Source: Rotaria socialis
Taxonomy: Eukaryota
NCBI GenBank assembly: GCA_905331295.1
Contig: CAJNYD010000035.1
Location: 372,001 to 436,000 of the forward strand
Length of the DNA stretch: 64,000 bases
Direction of reading: 5' to 3'
The notes beneath the pieces were generated by a model. The model saw only the letters and a list, made by a program, of their open reading frames with translations. It had not been told where the DNA came from and did not search any database. A program made the position numbers and the translations under genes. Shown here in pieces: positions 49,192-63,839 of the stretch (positions are counted from its first letter, which is position 1; every line of letters starts with the position of its first letter).

Positions 49192-51651
49192 TTGTTCTTT
49201 TCTCTTTCTGTTATCGTAATTTTCTCTGCTTTTGTTGCTTTCTTATATTATATATATATATATCGGTTGCTAATGTTTGCCGCCTGTCGTAGTATTCCTC
49301 GTTAAGTTACTAACAACCGTCCCACCTATCAATCAATAATAGTAGAGTTTTATTCTTTGTTCTGGAAGATATTGATGCCAATAACAGTCGATGATAGCTA
49401 ACCGATGCATTATAATCAACAAGTACAAGGCACGAGTGAGTTTTAAAAAAAATGAGTCAAAGAGAAAATGAATATCTAAATATAAGAAAAAGATCAATAT
49501 GTAAAAAGAAATTTCTTTTCTGATTACTATCGTAGAAAAAAAAGGTCAATTGTGAAAGAAGAAAAGATGTTTATCGGAAGATAAATGAGGCCAACTATTG
49601 ACATTCTATCCTATCACATACTAAAAAAAATATAAACGAGAAAGAATACCGACCACTGGACTAGTCTCTTTTGTATATTTACAATAGAGGGACAAAAGAA
49701 ATGAATGAACAAATGTCCAAGGACAACAAACGACAATGATCAGATCAAGAAAAAAACCAATCATATTCATGCTCTTTAAGACAATTAAAAGGAATGAAAA
49801 AGAATAAAGTGATATCCATTACATTGTTGATGTATTACAGATTATACGTTCATTTCAAAGTCAAATAACAAAAAAAAAGGTCGAGATGGACGGACATCGA
49901 TCTGACAATAATTGATTTGATCGATCTAATCGCCGTCAGCGACGGGCAATAGCCAGTAGAGAGAAAATAAGAAAAAAATAAACATGATTGCTAATTTGTC
50001 CAACGAGGACGCCAATCATCCAAGTTTCTTATTTATTGATCAGTGTCAGACTCATACGCCCTCTATCAGTAGCGTCAATCATATGCCGACTTTTTGACGA
50101 TAATCTTTTTTTTTCTGTTGAGTAACCATGATTCAATACTAGTCAGAGATAAGTGTCTTTTTTGTGTAAGAAAAAAGAACAGAAATAAAGTAAACTATTT
50201 GCCAACCAAGACCAAAACAATTAGACTTTGAATATAGACGATGTAATTTGCTGACTTTTATCGGATAGGGACACTTTCTTTTAATTGTCCTCGTCCTTTG
50301 AGTACCATCATGTAAGAAAATATTTTCTCTTTATTCTTATCTTCAGTATCAGTAAGATTCATAGTTTCTATTTATAGGTTATGTTTAAACGTAGCGTCCA
50401 ATCTAATTATCTATTACAAGGTCGTCAGATTTATTTTTAGTGTTATCTATAGTTAGCAACGAATAGTCGATCTAATAAAATCTAGCAAGTATTTTTAAAC
50501 TTGATTATCATCATTAAAATACATCATGTTCTGAGCTTTTCTCGGTCCACTGAAAATAGTACGAGTAGAGAAGAAAATCGTATATAATAAAGAACTATAA
50601 ATGTCACGCGACCATATTGCGCCGATGTTACTGTTCCTAAAAAAAAGTTCGTCATCCATGTTGCCATTGGAGAATTCTTTAGGTGTTGCAGCCAAAAAAA
50701 ACAAGACAAAAATAAAACAATGAGAAGAATATGAATTTGATTATATCTCCTCTGTATTGTATTTGTGTATCTTCAACGGGTTCGAATTATCAGCAACGTA
50801 AATGACGAAAACGTGAAAAAAGCTACATTACAACATCACTCATATTGGCTACTATTTTTAGCTTTGTCTATTTTTTCCTTGCTTTGTTTTTTTTCTCTTT
50901 TCTTTTTTTCCTCCACTCAGTGCATACGCGTATTTGCGTCAGGATATGACAGAAGGTCGTTGTTGATGCTTATTTCTAGGTCTATTTTTTCTTTGTTTTG
51001 CGATAGACTTCTTTCACATTGGTCTTCTCGACGCTATATTTATAAGTAAACTATTAGTTGATGACAGATTTTGTTGAAATGAAGATTCATTCATGGTAAG
51101 CATATTTATATTTTTTATATCTATCTTGACCATCAATCCTAAGAGAATATCCTTCCATAAATGTTACTGCTAATATTTGCACAAGATTAAATATATTCAT
51201 ATAATAGTTCAAGGAATATTTCATGTATTGTATTGATTTATTCGAATTTTATTCTCAACCGATTACAATATTTTATACATTGATATATAAAAACATAAGA
51301 TTATAATAGTAAATAATGAGAGTTTCGAGTACATCGGCAATTATCGCTCTAGGGCAAGGCATAATATTCTGTAGTTGACAAAAATAGCACAAAAAATAGA
51401 ATGCTTGATGAATGTTTATTGAAAAGCGGAAAAAATAATACATCGTGTCGTTGTGAACTTCTTTAATAATAATATGAAGAAAAAGAAGAAGAAGAAAAAA
51501 CGAAAGAAAGAAAAGTTTGACAGAAGATAATAGTCAATGCATTGTTCTACAAAAGAAATGATGAAACAAACAAAAATAGATATCTTATGTAATCTACACC
51601 TTTGCGAATCATTTATTATATCGATAAATAGTACTATAGACGATAAAGCAG

Positions 51652-54600
51652 ATGGCTACAACACCAACAAGACTAGATTCTACACGATCAATACATAAGC
51701 AAAAAAAACGACAGGTTAGTTTTCATTGTTCGAGAAATGTTGTAGTAGTTTAAAAAAAGAACCAAAATTAATACTTGAAAACTTTTTTTTCTTCTTTTGA
51801 ACGAATGCCTAACAGTTGGCGATTATTTTTTCTCTCCTTCCAGTCTTCCTGTTCGTGCAGAATTTTGTCCTCTTGTGATTATTATTATTTTTACTGAGGC
51901 ATTCATTTATTCATTCTGTTCGTCTTTTCTCATTTTCTTTTCTTTCTCTATTCATTTATAATAATAAAAAACCGACAAGAAAAAAAAAGTATATTTATAT
52001 ATAAATATATACGTGTTGTTTTTGCATTTCATTTACAAGGAAAAGATATGACCTAAGCAATATGTGTACTTCTTTTTAGAATAGAATAGATTTCGGCATA
52101 CCATGTTAAACATAAATTTATGCATGCATGAGGAATATCGTCAAGCAGAAAAAGCTTTTATTATTATTATTAAACTTCTCCTTAAAAATTGTTGCTTGTT
52201 GTTGTTGACGAACACGATTGTATGCACCTGAAAGAAAGAGCTGTCATCGCAACTTGAAAGAAGGGGAGGGACCGAGTAATGTACTGCCATGCATATTTTC
52301 GTCATTTTTTTTGCATTCGACCAATAGTATTAGAGGTGCCGTTGGAAGAACACGATCAATTCAAGTAGAGTAATGCGTGTGACATAAGTAAATCACAGTT
52401 ACTATTAGATGGTTGCAATAGCTTCTTTTGTTTGAATTTTTCACGTGCGTATTTAATGATAATAATAATAAAAAAAAAAGCCAAACCATTCTTGATTAAG
52501 CTAACTAGAACATAGTTGCTGTGTCAGTTTATCGATGTTAGTCATTGCGAGAGAATACTAAGAATAAACTATGGCATTATTTCAGTGCCTTATGTCAAAA
52601 TAAAACATTATCTACTCATTGTAATAACTCATAATTAATCAAAAGTAATAGATAAACAGTAGTTTTCATTATTCTTTATTATAAGTTATTTATATCTAAA
52701 CGACTTTTACTAACCTCATTTATATATAGCATGTCTTTTTGTCATGCTTCAGCTTTTTATCTGTTTTTTTTTCTTCTCCTCAAGTTTTTATTTTATTCGT
52801 CTGATAGAAAAATGAGATAGCCAAAGACAAGTAGAACGAAGAAGAAAAGAAAAATAAGTACTTCAACTAAAGTCAACTGACATACATAGATGCATTAGAG
52901 TAAGAGCAGCATCTGTAAAAGAATGGTTCATTTTTTTCCCTATTTTCTTTTTAAATACTCTTCTAATATAAACCACAATTCTTGTTTTTCTTTCAATGGG
53001 ATTTTATTGTTTTCTAGAGAAATATTTTATCAACAGAAGAATCTTTCATGGTTGATCTTTGTCGACCGTCGTCCTTACCGGCCAATAACTCACGGAGTTC
53101 ACCTAACAGTACTAATGATACAAATAGTGGAAGTTCAACTTTCTTCCCATCATTATTCGTATGTATAAATTAAATTATTAACAGAAAAAGAAAAACGTCA
53201 AATATTATATTTATTCATCTATTTTAGCTTCCTTATTCGCAACTGATTGACCCTGATAGACAAGGATCGGTTACAGCGGCTATAGCAGCTGCTACAGCTG
53301 CTGCTGTCATGGCATCATCAACTCTGGAGCGAACACGTCTTGAAGAAGAAAAATTACGTGTTCATGCTAAAGATAAGAAAGATCAAAGTAAATTTTAATA
53401 TTTCTTCTTAAAAAAGATTCGACAACATATTTGTATTTATATCTTTGTAAGGTGCAAATGCTTCTGCTGAGGTTAAAACTCATTTGAAAACTTTTCTTTG
53501 CCGAAAATTACAAAAAGAAGGCAAATTAGGGTAAATTAAAAATTTGATTTTTTAAACATAAATTAAACTATTATTTTGGAATCATCATATAGAAATGAAG
53601 AATCAATGGATATGTTGAGACGATTTCAATCAGAACCTGTACTTGCTAACCTACGTCTAGAATCAGGCAATTTAAAAATCAAATCTGATTTACGTCAAAG
53701 TATTATTAATCGCCATCGGCATGTTACACCAATGTCAGATACCCGTCATCCAATACGCTCAACAAATCTAGCTGAAAAACAGAAACATGCTAGTATGTAT
53801 CAAATAAACATCTAAGAAATACTATAATTACAAAAACAAAAGTGAGAAACTAGTAGATTTTCATTAATATTCTACGAAGGCTATTTTTAGTAAAGAAACA
53901 AAAGAAAGATAGGTCTTTTTTTGAAACAAATTTTTTTCTAAAAAATACGACACAAATCCTTTACTCTTGATGAAAACTATAATTTTTGGGTAAACTTATT
54001 TCTACTCAATTATCATCTTTACTTTCAAGAGTAAGATACTAGATAGAATCTATTTTCATTATTATCAGCCCTACCTATTCCAATGCTGTCATTTGATTCT
54101 CAAACTGGTCAAATACTTGCTCCGGAACAATTGTGGTTTGATTTAAATGATTTACAACAAAAACTATATAGTTGCTATTCAACAGGTAAATGAATTATGC
54201 GTACACACGAAAATATTTTATTGAAAATTGTGTAGGTTCTATAAGTGGAACTAATCTTAGTCAACAAAATCACTTGAATATTATACATGGCAATCAAAAT
54301 CGTACAAATATTCTTGGCCCAAAACATTTTATAGTCGAAGAAGAAAATGAAGCATTATTAGCAAAAGAATTACAGGAAGCAAAAATTCAAAGTCCCTTCA
54401 ATAGCCATAGTTCCATGCATAGTAGTCAACCACACATATTCAATTTAGAATCCAGTGATTTTACGGCTAAAAATTCAAATGTAATAAGAGAGAATAAACA
54501 GAATTGTGATTTATAAAGGAAAACTGTTTTTCTCTCTCTCTCTCTCTCTTATAGTTACCATCGGATCGTTTAGTGTTGCATTCCAAATCATTATCATCTT

Positions 54601-56326
54601 TATCAGCGTTAGCATCAACAACAGATAATAAATTACAAAAAAGTCAGTCCGGTACTATACGACTGCGTTTTACTACTGGTAAGATTAGCCGTTTTATTTT
54701 CCTCCAATGAATTTATTTATTTCCTTTTTAATTGAAAATAAAAAGGAATTGTTTACGATGAAGATTCATTAAAACATGAATGTTATTGTAAACGCACAGA
54801 TCTTCATCTTGAAAATCCTCGTCGTTTACTTGTAATTTATGAACTATTGAAAAAATGTAATTTACTAGAAGATTGTGAAATAATTCGTAATTATTGCGCA
54901 ACAATTGATATATTAACTAATTGTCATCAGTGAGTTGGAAGAAAATAATTTTTGAAAAAGATATATGCACTCTAATTTTTTTTCATAGTCCTAATCATGT
55001 ATATCTATTTGGTTGTGATCAACGACAACGTACACAACAATCGGCCATGCTGTTAACACAACGACTGAATTCCATTGTACAATTACCATGTGGTGGTTTT
55101 GGCATTCATGATGATACCGATACTGTATGGAATGAACTATATACAGCACGTGCATGTCGTTTAGCTATTGGCAATACTATCGAATTATCAAAACTTGTCT
55201 TTGATGGAACATTAAAAAATGGTTTCGCTCTCGTAAGACCACCAGGTCATCATGCAAGAGAAAAACCATTAGGATTTTGTTATTTCAATACTGTTGCTAT
55301 TACAGCGAAATATTTGAAAAAACATCGAAATATTGAACGTATTGCTATTGTTGATTGGGATATACATCATGGAAATGGTACACAAGATTTAACCTATGAT
55401 GATCCTAATATTCTTTATATATCGTTGCATCGTTACGATAATGGAACATATTTTCCTGGTGGCGGACGAATTGAAGAAGTTCGTTGAAATAATAAATAGA
55501 AGAAAAGAACAACTTGCAAAAGATAATTTGTTTTCTTCTCTTCTCTATTTTCAGTGTGGATGTGATAATGGTCTGGGTAAAAATGTGAATGTTGGTTTCT
55601 CTGCTGAACCACAAACCATTATGACTGATGTAGAATATTTAGCAGCATTTAGGTAATTCGATTGTAGTGACCAAAAATTGATAAAAAACAAACAAACTAC
55701 GTATGACTCTTGTTTTCAGGAGTATTGTTATGCCCATATTAGAACAATTTCAACCACAACTTATTCTTGTTTCAAGTGGTTTCGATGCATGCATGGGACA
55801 TCCACATCCACTTGGTGGTTATGAACTAACACCAACATGTAATACAAATAAAAACAGAATGTTTTCCTCTATTGAATGTTTTCTTTTTCTTTTTGTTCTC
55901 TCTTAGGTTTTGCTTATATGACAAATCAATTGATGAAGCTTGCTGATGGAAAAGTTGTTTTAGTTTTAGAAGGTGGTTATGAATTAAATGCATTGGCACA
56001 ATGCGGAAAAGCATGCGTTGAAGCTTTACTTAGCCGAGAAGTAAGACTTTTCTTTTCTCACGTAGATTTCTAAATTATTTCAATACTTTTCTATTGCATT
56101 TAGTTGCCATCATTTAGTAAAGAAACTCTCGAAGCTAAACCAAATCCATATGCAGTACATAGTTTACAGCATGTCATGGAAGTACAGCGTATGTATTTAG
56201 ATAGTCTAAAAAAATAGACTAAAGTTTCATCTTTGTTATGTTCTTTTTTAAGGTGAATTTTGGCCATCAATTGCACAATATAAACATTTGATTTCCGTGT
56301 CTCATGAACAAGCCATTTCTTCGTGA
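51652..56326 (+). CDS. HDAC4: Class IIa histone deacetylase (HDAC4/5/7/9-type)
   Basis: MEF2-binding-like [16 protein letters not shown], 14-3-3-like [10 protein letters not shown] and structural-Zn motif KHECYC...HLEN...LPCGGFG. Catalytic motifs: [40 protein letters not shown]. Stop TGA at 56324-56326. The first exon (51652-51714) is inferred. Confidence 0.92.
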
Positions 56327-57110
56327 TTTGATATTATTTCATCGTTAGTACATGCTGCACAAGATTTCATCATGATAATGTTGCTGCTGCTAGTGATGAT
56401 GATTTTGTAAAAAAAAATATTTTTTCTTATGTTCTATTTACGCGTTTTGTCAATTATCTCATGATGTTTTCACCGGTAAACATATGACCTATATATTATT
56501 TTCTCGTATATTTTGTCGGCTGATTTGTTTCTACCTGTGTATATCTAAAAACAATTCTTCAGTGACTGCTAAGCAGCTTCTTAATTATTTTAATTTTTCT
56601 TTTAAAAATATTCACAACAAAAAAGACTCCTGAAGAAGAACAGCCAAATTATCATCATCTTCCTTTCAACTATCATTTGGTTTTTATTTTCAAGCTGATA
56701 TATATACATATATTTTCTGTGTCCTTTTCTCTCTTTTAACGTTCTCAGTGTCGCTCAATTTTCATTTTGTAAATCATGTAATTGTGTCTTTTGCACGTGC
56801 ATATGCTTCCACAATTACAATTGAATAATGAAATAAAAATAAACAAAATGAAATTCTTAAAGATTATTGCCACGACGTTTACTCTTTTTTCATGAGTCTT
56901 TGTCAATGAGCACAATCAATAGTATCGTACCTTTACAAAGATATTTGTGTAAAGTAATATAAATTGTCGTTCTTTTACTGTAGAGTATTGACTATGTAAA
57001 TAATAGTAGTTTTTCTCTATATTGATAGTTTAAAAATAGAGCAATAGAATATTATAGTATGCTGCTTCAACGACTAATGTTTGTTTTTCTTTAAGAATTT
57101 CCCATAAAAC

Positions 57111-57112
<2 letters not shown>

Positions 57113-57144
<32 letters not shown>

Positions 57145-57156
57145 GTTGTTATTATT
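57113..57156. repeat. (TAT)n microsatellite
   Basis: ttattattatt... tract. Confidence 0.9.
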
Positions 57157-58700
57157 AACTTATTTTTAGTGAATTTTAATGTAAAGAAAACTAAAACATT
57201 AAGTCTACACATTGAATCATTTGTGTACTATGAATTGCCGCTGTGCATATTTTTTATAATTTCAAAAGAAACAAAGTGCTAAAGAAGTTTGAAAAATTCT
57301 ATTGAAGAAAATTGAAAACAGATACTTCCTATTCCGATGTATTCTTTTCATTTCAAACTAGTGTTATGTGAAACTCGTTGTATTGAATTGAAGATGCTGT
57401 ATTTTAAGGGATTCCTTCAAAATAGTAATCTTTCCTGAAAAAGACTATTTTCAGCCTTATGAAAGATCATCTCTCAATTATTTTACAAGTTTTGCAGCTG
57501 GAACTTTGATTAATATAATTGTTTCTTCGACTTCTGTTCAACTTTCCAATGTTTTTGTTGTTGAAATTCAATCAATGCTTAAGATGCAAATGGTATTAAT
57601 TTAAAAAAAGAACACTCAGATCTTCTATATAATGGTCAAAAATATTTTATGTAACATATAATTGAATCGATGTTATTAATTAAAATTTATTTTTGTCTTA
57701 TTTCTATTAATCATGAAAGAGTAATGTTAATGTACTTAGTTTGATCTAATTGATCATTGTTTTTTTCTACATGAAAGGATAGAAAAAGTTTCTTTATTCT
57801 CTACTCTGCTAGCATAAAAATAGATGAAGAGTAATACACATAGGATTGCTAACGATAGTATCTTATTACCGTTCAATACTCTTGTTTAAGATATGTCTAT
57901 ATACTTATTTAATGGTTATCGACTCAGTTATGCAACAAATCGTACTCAACTACATAATGTGTTCTACTTTTCTTTTTGCTATGTTCTCTTTTTCACCCGG
58001 AAATGTCGTTTTTTTAAGTATGATGCAGAAACACATTAGAAAAACAGTTTCCAAGGAAAGCCACAAGTTTTTTGCTCATCGATAAATAGTTATCAAGTAT
58101 TGTGTTGTTTTAAAACATAGATGTATTTGTTACTTTCTAAAATAACAAAACCGATATGATATCTTATGATTCAAAAGTTAATCGAGAACTTTTTCTATAA
58201 TAGGTATAAGAGTAATTAAAATTAATAAACTTCATTATGCTTGGATAAATTCGCCAGAATAAACATTAATTATGAGCATAATTACAAATTGTGTCTATTA
58301 TTTAAATGAAACGCTTTAATAAACCTTTGAATCAGATTCTTTTTAATTAAGTTTATTGTACATAATTATGTATTTTGTGGAACTCACATATATTTTCGAA
58401 GAAAATAGTGAGTGTAAGTTTAATTGTGAGATTTTTTCGGCTCCCCTGTACCCCACCCCCCCCTCCCCATTACAGACACAAAACATGAAAAAACTAACAC
58501 TTCGATGCACTAATTAGATAAAATTTTTGTACAGATCGATTCCCTATGTTCACCACTACTCACATCACTAATAAAAATCTAGTTTCACTAATTAGAAATC
58601 GTTATAATTAGGATTTAATCCATAATTAATCATCAAAATCTGTCGTTTTTATTATTATAGTGCATAGTTACGATAGTAGCGCATATTTTTATTATTATAG

Positions 58701-59320
58701 NNNNNNNNNNNNNNNNNNNNNNNNNNNNNNNNNNNNNNNNNNNNNNNNNNNNNNNNNNNNNNNNNNNNNNNNNNNNNNNNNNNNNNNNNNNNNNNNNNNN
58801 NNNNNNNNNNNNNNNNNNNNNNNNNNNNNNNNNNNNNNNNNNNNNNNNNNNNNNNNNNNNNNNNNNNNNNNNNNNNNNNNNNNNNNNNNNNNNNNNNNNN
58901 NNNNNNNNNNNNNNNNNNNNNNNNNNNNNNNNNNNNNNNNNNNNNNNNNNNNNNNNNNNNNNNNNNNNNNNNNNNNNNNNNNNNNNNNNNNNNNNNNNNN
59001 NNNNNNNNNNNNNNNNNNNNNNNNNNNNNNNNNNNNNNNNNNNNNNNNNNNNNNNNNNNNNNNNNNNNNNNNNNNNNNNNNNNNNNNNNNNNNNNNNNNN
59101 NNNNNNNNNNNNNNNNNNNNNNNNNNNNNNNNNNNNNNNNNNNNNNNNNNNNNNNNNNNNNNNNNNNNNNNNNNNNNNNNNNNNNNNNNNNNNNNNNNNN
59201 NNNNNNNNNNNNNNNNNNNNNNNNNNNNNNNNNNNNNNNNNNNNNNNNNNNNNNNNNNNNNNNNNNNNNNNNNNNNNNNNNNNNNNNNNNNNNNNNNNNN
59301 NNNNNNNNNNNNNNNNNNNN
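58701..59320. other. Assembly gap (N run)
   Basis: 620 N bases. Confidence 1.
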
Positions 59321-60916
59321 ACAATATTGATAGCTATATCATAAATACTGTTTAAACTATATTATCATTCACAATATTTCTCAATGAAACCACTAAACAC
59401 TTCAGCATACTGACATATTTTAAACAAAACGTTTTTCATACGGTTCTCTCTAGTAATATTTCCTATTGATAGATTCAATAAACTTCAAATGTTAAAAAGG
59501 TTTTATTATCTTATTTTGGAACAAAATATGATCTCACTATTCTGAAAAAATAAAACTTCTATTTGATCAGCATCTAACTGATCGAACTGTGAGTTCCACA
59601 TTTTAGCCCCAACGGGGCTGCGCTGACAAGTTTTTTTAACAAAAAATGTTTTTTATTAAAAGAATACGTATTCAAATGAACATTTCATATGAATAAATAT
59701 AACTTCGTTCGAAATATGATATGTCACTGAAGTACTAGATTTCATTGATAGGATATTTGCGAGTCAAATGACATATGTTTGAAAATAGGTCAAAGATAGT
59801 TAGAATACAATGAGTAAAAGCAGATATAGACGCCATGTATTATATATGCTCTATTAGTTTTGATTCAAAAAGCGATTTGATAATGAGTTTCACAAGAAAT
59901 AATCGTTCTTTAACAAACTAAAACTCTATCTAATGGATTCAACTTCGTTTTGCTCAAAATGATTAAAATACAATTCCCATGAAAACTTCTAGGAATTATA
60001 TGTAGAAAATGAACGTATCAAAACTTGAACATTTCAGTTTAATTGATTGGCATCTTCGAAATATATGATATAACAATTATTTTGCAAAAGTTTTAACTAA
60101 AAACTAACTGTTTTTGTATTGCTCTATTGTTAATTATCGTAATGTTGTGTATCTTTTTTTCAAAGTTCTGATAAGATACAGTTCAAACTCAATTAAACAT
60201 TTGAATATTTAAAATCAGAAAAAAAAAATTAGCTGATTGATATATCTTTCGAAAGTTTTCATTGGAAAAATATCAGCTGAATCCATTTGTTTACGCTAAT
60301 GTTTTCGGTAGAAACCGATAACCTAGGTATGCTTCAAGGCATGCTACAACTGAAATCAAGACGACAAATTTTAAAAAGCAGTGTATTTTGCAATACTTCT
60401 CGAATCTAAGAATTATTTGAAATAGTTGTCGTTACTGCACATAAATACAAGTTCCTACTAAGTCGATGAATAACAGCTGATTTCGTAGAAACAAAAACGT
60501 ACAAGCAAAGTTTTCTCGAGCTGTTTTTTAGTAAATTAAGTAAGATTATGTATGAATTCATATTCGAAATACTATTTAGCATGTGATTGTTCAACTATAA
60601 TTGCCAAAATTTGCTGACACATTATAAAATTTGATAAATAATATGTTCAAATCTATCTTGTGACGACATAGAAATTTGTGCTATTTTCTATTGTATCTAT
60701 TCTCGTCTGGAGATATATTATCATAGCTTTGCCATTTCGAGTCTTATTCACAGTTCGAAGATGGCTTTCTGGCAATAGAATATTGCTGAGCAATTCCATC
60801 GTCCCTACAAACCACTCATTTGCAAAACGATGTTTAATATTGTTATACACAAATTAAAATTCAATCTATATTGTATAGCCATGAATCTTATCCTTGTATC
60901 TCAATATCTAATAATG

Positions 60917-61021
60917 AATAATTAGCTACAACCCCCCCCCCATAATAGAAGCCTCCGGGGGCGTCTAATCTGTGTGTGTGTGTGGGGGGGGGGGGGGGGN
61001 NNNNNNNNNTAGCTAATTATT
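60917..61021. repeat. Short inverted-repeat element with C/G runs spanning a small gap
   Basis: aataattagcta ... tagctaattatt flank poly-C and poly-G tracts and 10 N bases. Confidence 0.5.
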
Positions 61022-63657
61022 TGCTAACTGATTTCATATGGCATAAGATTGTAACAAGAGTTTTCTCATAAACTTTGAATTTCATTTTGTCTGGAACCGA
61101 TGTATTCACAACGTCGAATTTTCTTGATAAAATTGATATGTGGCATAGATTTTCATACATGGTTTTAATATTCCATTGTTCAATAAATCAATGAAAAAAG
61201 AATCATTTTTGTTGATTAATCTATCAATTCAAATATTGAAAACTTTCCATTTAATTATTACGTTGAATGAAATCATTTTGGTTAGTTTCATCACTAATCT
61301 TATGCATGTTTCAAATATAAAATGCTTTAAATTCTCTATTTTAACATCTATCTAGGTTAATATTTACTAGTAGAATAGGTGTACATTTACTTTTTTGCAA
61401 TGCTATATTAAATAAATACTTATAAAACACGATCTAAATTTTCGTCTATAGGTAATACAATTGCAACAGACGTATCTCTCTTGGTCTTATTTTAATATGA
61501 ATAGCAACATTTCATCAATGATTCACTACTGAAAATTGCCAAGTTGAAGAATATTTTCATCTATTTAATAATCCTGTCAATGATGCATTCGATTCGATAT
61601 CGCATAAATAAGTAAATATTAATTTATTTAACAAGATTAATGCAAAACATCCTCTTCTCTTGTTTTTCTCTTTTATTACAATATTTTACACATTTTTTTT
61701 ATCATCACCATGATACTATAAACAGTAATGAGTATAACAAGAGCTAGCCAATACAAACATAAATATTTTCCATCATCATACTGTCGACTATTTCTAGGCA
61801 AAAAAGAAGAAATCTAAATACTATTAAATTTTAATTTATTTATAAAGAAAACAAAACATAATTTATGCAGATTCTTCTCTTTTTTTTCAAGACCTAATCA
61901 ACAAAATATACCAAGTTCTACCATAATAGAATAATTAAGATGGCAACACAGCTAGTTGTCAACGTTGCGATGCTTTATTTTTATCTATTCTTATTAATTC
62001 AAAGAGAGAAAGAAAAAATAACGCTGAGCGACGTTTTCCGACGGTATTTCTGACGTTTAATCATCGGCTATTCTTCTCACCTAGACTTTTAAAAACCCTT
62101 ATTAGACTATCTTTTGTTTGTCAGTTGAATCAAAAAATAATTCTACAAGAATGAACAATACTTTCGCTTACTACAAGACTGATCTACTTCAAACATCGAA
62201 TGGTATAAACTATTTTTTAAATGGCGATTGTTGTTGTTACTACTGCGAGTATTCATAACATTTATAATAAAATACATCTGTCGTAGAACATTTTTTAATG
62301 TAGTTTTTCTTTTACATTGTAGACAAATTTTTCTCAGAGAATATTATGCAAAGATGATCAATGAAGACATTTATATACAAAGATTGAACGAATCATATAA
62401 AAAATCTCAAACAAAATAAAATGACGATTGATGAAGTTGACAGAAAAAAAGCAAAAACAACTGAAACAGATGAAAACATGGCTACTGTCATATAGATCAT
62501 CGAAGATGTCTGTGTTGCTAATAAAAGATCTTATTTCAAAGAAATCAAAACAAAAAATGATTTTGTTTTATAAACTATACTTCTTCTGAGAAGAGAGCTG
62601 TTATTTATGATTCAAATTACACCCCATAATAGATATAAAGAAGCAGAATCAATAATAAAAAAAAACACTTTTTTTTAAATCTTGAATTAATAATTTAACA
62701 TTTGCCTCAGAAATAGAAGTTTTTAACATCAACAAGTGTTAATTTAGTAACAAGATTTAATGTCAAAATATTTAGTTTAAGCATTTTGTTAAATAGTGAA
62801 AATTCATAAAAACAAAGAAAAGCTATCGTAAGATTTATCTAGAGATTATTAAAGCAATTTAAAAAACACTTACATGTGTCTCATATCATATGATTTTATC
62901 CCTCGTCAAGAAAACAAAACATGACTAAAACATACTTTCATTATTCAATATTAATAGTAACTAAAAATTCATAAAATCTTGAAGGTGATTGTGGGTGTAG
63001 ATGATGCTGAGGCTGCTGCTAGGATGTGACTATCACGTCTTGGATTTGAAAGGTAGTTTTCCGGTCAGGTTTAAGTTCTGGGTGTTATCAGGAGTGCGTG
63101 ATATCTCTAGTCGTGTCATTGATTCTGGATGCGGATTGCTTTCTGGCTTATGAATCTTTTATATCTTTACGTATAGTCATGTGGATACCCTTACTGGGAG
63201 CTTTCTGGGCACTACGATAGAAACTATAATATCAAAGTTCATAGTGTAAATTATTCGAATTGATTTCCGAATTAGCAATGCTAAACTCTGAGAGATATTA
63301 CAACATTTTGTCCTGCGACCATTTGCCCTATCGCCATCTTTTTTTATATTTTATATCATTAAAGACTTTCATACAGTGTACATATATATCCTAAGAGCGC
63401 ACAAAAAAACAATTGCAGAGCTATAATTATTCATTAGTATAAATTCAAAATATTTTTAATCTGTTTGCTTTACTTTTCGTCCTTAAAAACAATCATTTAC
63501 TTAGTTAAAATATGATGAATATTATATGTACGATTAGAGAAGGGTCAGAATGTCTTACATTTAAAACATAAGGAAAATAACAACACTAACTATTACTATG
63601 AATTGATACTAATTCTCCACAAATGAACATTGTCTATTGCATCAATCATATATAATA

Positions 63658-63839
63658 CCCAGGTCAATGATTCCGGAGGACGGATACTGTAGGAACCGGC
63701 CGGAAAGATGCGGAAAAATCACCGTATCTGGCCGGAAAGCACGGGAAAGCACTGTAACTTCCAACTGGAATACTGCTTCCACTTTCCAGCGCTTTCCTGT
63801 GCTTTCCGGCCGTTTCCCGCCGTACGTCCACGACCTGGG
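63658..63839. mobile_element. GC-rich MITE with CCCAGGTC termini and 3-bp TSD (CACTA/CMC-like)
   Basis: ata|CCCAGGTC ... GACCTGGG|ata, with internal inverted and direct copies of ggccggaaag(cac) / gtgctttccggcc. Confidence 0.8.

Noticed and set aside
50779..50790. ggttcgaat tRNA T-loop-like motif
   Set aside because: No closing CC, no A box and no cloverleaf.
58660..59355. Long ORFs in the ORF track
   Set aside because: Artefacts of the N gap.
60300..61260. Short coding-like fragments on the - strand (e.g. FIEQWNIKTMYENLC)
   Set aside because: Interrupted by stops and no consistent exon chain. Possibly a pseudogene, but it cannot be named.
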